Origin: Camelus ferus
Lineage: Eukaryota
DNA length: 64,000 nt
Direction: 5' to 3'
Assembly: GCF_009834535.1 (NCBI RefSeq)
Contig: NC_045696.1
Span: 117,244,001-117,308,000 of the forward strand
The position numbers were made by a program, and so were the translations under genes. This document shows, in pieces, positions 61,401 through 64,000 of the stretch; position 1 is the first letter of the stretch, and every line of letters starts with the position of its first letter. Under the pieces are notes generated by a model. The model ran no database searches. It was not told the DNA's origin and saw only the letters and a list, made by a program, of their open reading frames with translations.

Positions 61401-63339
61401 GCTTGAAGTCAGGAAGCACCCCTGGAAAAGACCTCATCTTCAAGGACGGAGAAACTAGCTTTAGAACTTCTTCCAAGGATCATATCCAGTAGAAGACAAG
61501 GGCGGAGGATAAGGATGACGTCTTCTTGCAGGAATGTTAGAGGCTCTCCCTTAAAGGGTGTCACAATAATCGTACCAAGAAGAAAACCAAGGATCTAAAC
61601 ATCACCCATGTTGCCCTCAAAAGACCAGCTAAGAACTCAAGTCCAAAAATTCTGACTCCAAGGTCATCTCCTTTCAGCATCCCATAAACAGAGGTCCCAG
61701 TTGAAATAACCAAACATCCCAGCCTCCAGAAAACATTTAAAACAATAGACTCAAAAGTAAATTGATAGGTTTATCTGAACAATGTATACAGAGTAGGTCC
61801 AATGATACTTAGTGCCTTGCAATGCACTGCATGCATGGGGTGAAAGACAGCAGTGGGGTCTCGTGAACCCAAGCCTCAAAGCCGTCTTCCCATTAAACGT
61901 GTAACTCTTCCTTTTGGTAGCATATGAACTTCTCATCTTTATTTTTAGGCACTCTGCACCGAGCTGCTTGCATCACGCCAATGTTTGCTGTGCTAACTTT
62001 GCATCTAAAGGTTATTCAACACACTGAGATATGAAAAAAACACTTACATTTTTACCTCGAAGAAATGGTACTTGGATTCCGCTATATGTTCTAATGGTGT
62101 TAAATGTCAAAAAAAAAATACTAGAAATAGAAGTATTGGCAACTGGGCTTCAGCTCCTGCCCTAGGAGCGTGTGCAGCTAAAGGATGCGAGGATGTCACA
62201 GCACTTCAGTTCGTGCCTGGTGTCCTGGTGTCAGCCTGTGAGATCGTGAAGAGAAAGGCAAGCTGGAAGTTGGGAAAATAAGCCAGTGATTGTTTATCAG
62301 GGCCTGCGGTTCACCCAGTACTAGTCCTCAGCAGCGACTGAACAATGAACCAAACAAACACACGAGTAACAGAACCCCTCCTGACTGAGGGTGCCCAACC
62401 TCCCTGGATGCCTTGCATCTCCTGTAATGTGCATGTCAACCCTGGAAAGCTGGGGGTGTTCTCTCACTTCCACAAGTGAGTGATCTGGCAGTTGGGCAGG
62501 TGGAGTTCTTGGCGACGAGGTGACCCGTGCCATTCTCAAACTGGTGGCACAAGTAAGCTCTTAATGCCTTATTTCTGAGTGAACTGTTAATTGCGCCAAT
62601 GGGTCAGCAGTGAGACCTCCAGCCTCTCTCCCTGGTGGGAAGTTCCTCTGGTTGTCTCTGGGATTCCCCAGTGCTTTGACGCTTAGGCAAGATGCTGTCG
62701 TAACAGGTGTCTCAGTAATGCAACAAATTGCTCATAAGTCAGGAGAGAAGCAAAGCCACTTTCAATCTGCCTTATTTAAAGACTTTGGGAAGGCAATGTG
62801 AGTTGGAGAACTCTCCAAGCTAGAGCTATGCATTTCAATCAGTGCTACACACGGACACACACACAGAGGAGGACTGCGTGTTACATCAAGGAGGGAGAGG
62901 GAGAAAATTTGAAATCACACTTTTAAATTCCCTCTTTGTTTAGAAATCAGACTGAGTTGTTTTCTATGTGTCTACTTAGGAGTAAGAGATGCTTGTATTT
63001 CGATGTCTCCAAAGAGAAAAAAATGAAGAGCTATTTATTCCTGATGATATCAGTAAGTGTTATTAGTATATGATAATTAAATGGTTACATTACAATAACC
63101 ATTTATTTATTTATATATTTTATTTATTTATTTATTATTTATTTTATATATATATATTTATATTTATACAATAAATATCATTTAATAATAATGCAATGTG
63201 ATAAGTATCATTATAACAAAAAAAGCCATATTTGGCATCTGGATGGCCAACTTATGACCATATACAGACATGAAACTTCAGCGCCTGGGTTTGTTTTCCT
63301 GTTTACAGTTGCAAAGTCACTAGGTAATCATTTAGTTTG

Positions 63340-63566
63340 CGGTCTGCAGACTATGCCCCACAGGCCAAAACCAGCCAGCTGTCTGTTTTCAGAGTTTTAT
63401 TAGAACACAGCTACCTTCATTCGTTGCTGGACTGTTCATGGATACTTTGGCGCTGCAGTGGCAGAGATACATGGCTGTGACCATGTCAGTATGGTCTACA
63501 GAGCTAAAAATATTTATTATCTGGCCCTTTGCAAAAAAAAAAAAAAAGTTACCAGCTTCTGACCTA
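63340..63566. mobile_element. MER58A MITE
   Basis: 'gttttattagaacacagc...aaaatatttattatctggcccttt...aaaaagtt'. Confidence 0.82.
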
Positions 63567-63589
63567 GATCATGTGACACTATTTATTTA

Positions 63590-63745
63590 CTGTTTTATTT
63601 TTATGTTTTGTCTTGTTAGAGTCGTCTTTTGGGGGTGGGCCGTAATTAGGCTGTTCATTCATTTATTTAATGGAGGTGCTGGGGTTTGAACCCGGACCCC
63701 GTACAAGCTAAGCACACACTCTACCACTGAGCTCCACCCTCCCCC
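63590..63745 (-). mobile_element. Vic-1-type camelid SINE
   Basis: 'atttatttaatggaggtgctggggtttgaacccgg...gctaagcacacactctaccactgagctccaccctccccc'. Confidence 0.88.
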
Positions 63746-64000
63746 GCTTATTTATCTTTCATCTTGAAAGGCATGTCCAACAATAATTGGGCCACTATAT
63801 CATAATATAAAAAGGATCAAATTATCTAGTATTTTGCTAACTTTCCATCCATTATTATATCTATAATAAGGCATAACTATACCTAATTAGAAGAAATATT
63901 CTGTTTCCCTTCACTCAGACCTCTTGAGGACTTGATTTAGCTTAACTGACATTTATGAAACACCTACTATGTTCCCAGCACAGAAATCCTCCCCCTCCGA

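Noticed and set aside
1..64000. A novel multi-gene biological system, CRISPR array or defence locus
   Set aside because: The sequence is mammalian repeat-rich non-coding DNA. There are no long ORFs, operon-like structure or regularly spaced repeat-spacer units.
1..64000. The roughly 150 short ORFs of the ORF track as genes
   Set aside because: All are 168 aa or shorter, many overlap recognisable TEs or microsatellites, and none resembles a protein family I recognise except the L1 remnant. Small true exons cannot be excluded without RNA-seq or alignment.

Overview
Mammalian, repeat-dense non-coding DNA (intergenic or deep intronic), most likely from a camelid. It carries five copies of a short tRNA-derived SINE matching the camelid Vic-1 type plus cetartiodactyl-type L1 3' ends. 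I saw no Alu, B1, Bov-A/Bov-tA/BovB or PRE-1. I found no protein-coding exon, functional RNA gene, CpG-island promoter or CRISPR array. The only ORF-track entry with a recognisable protein is a LINE-1 ORF2 C-terminal remnant (1790-1996). Much of the window is decayed transposable elements: L1, L2, MIR, ERVL/MaLR LTRs (MLT1, MLT2, LTR16/33/40/41, MER21), three related MER41-like ERV1 solo LTRs with 4-bp TSDs, and hAT/Tigger MITEs, several of them nested. Repeat-poor, homeodomain-motif-rich blocks (about 2.8-3.3, 30.5-31.2, 38.0-38.3 and 52.4-53.2 kb) look like candidate enhancers. I did not find evidence for a novel biological system. Repeat family names come from recalled consensus sequences, and boundaries are approximate unless a TSD is quoted.
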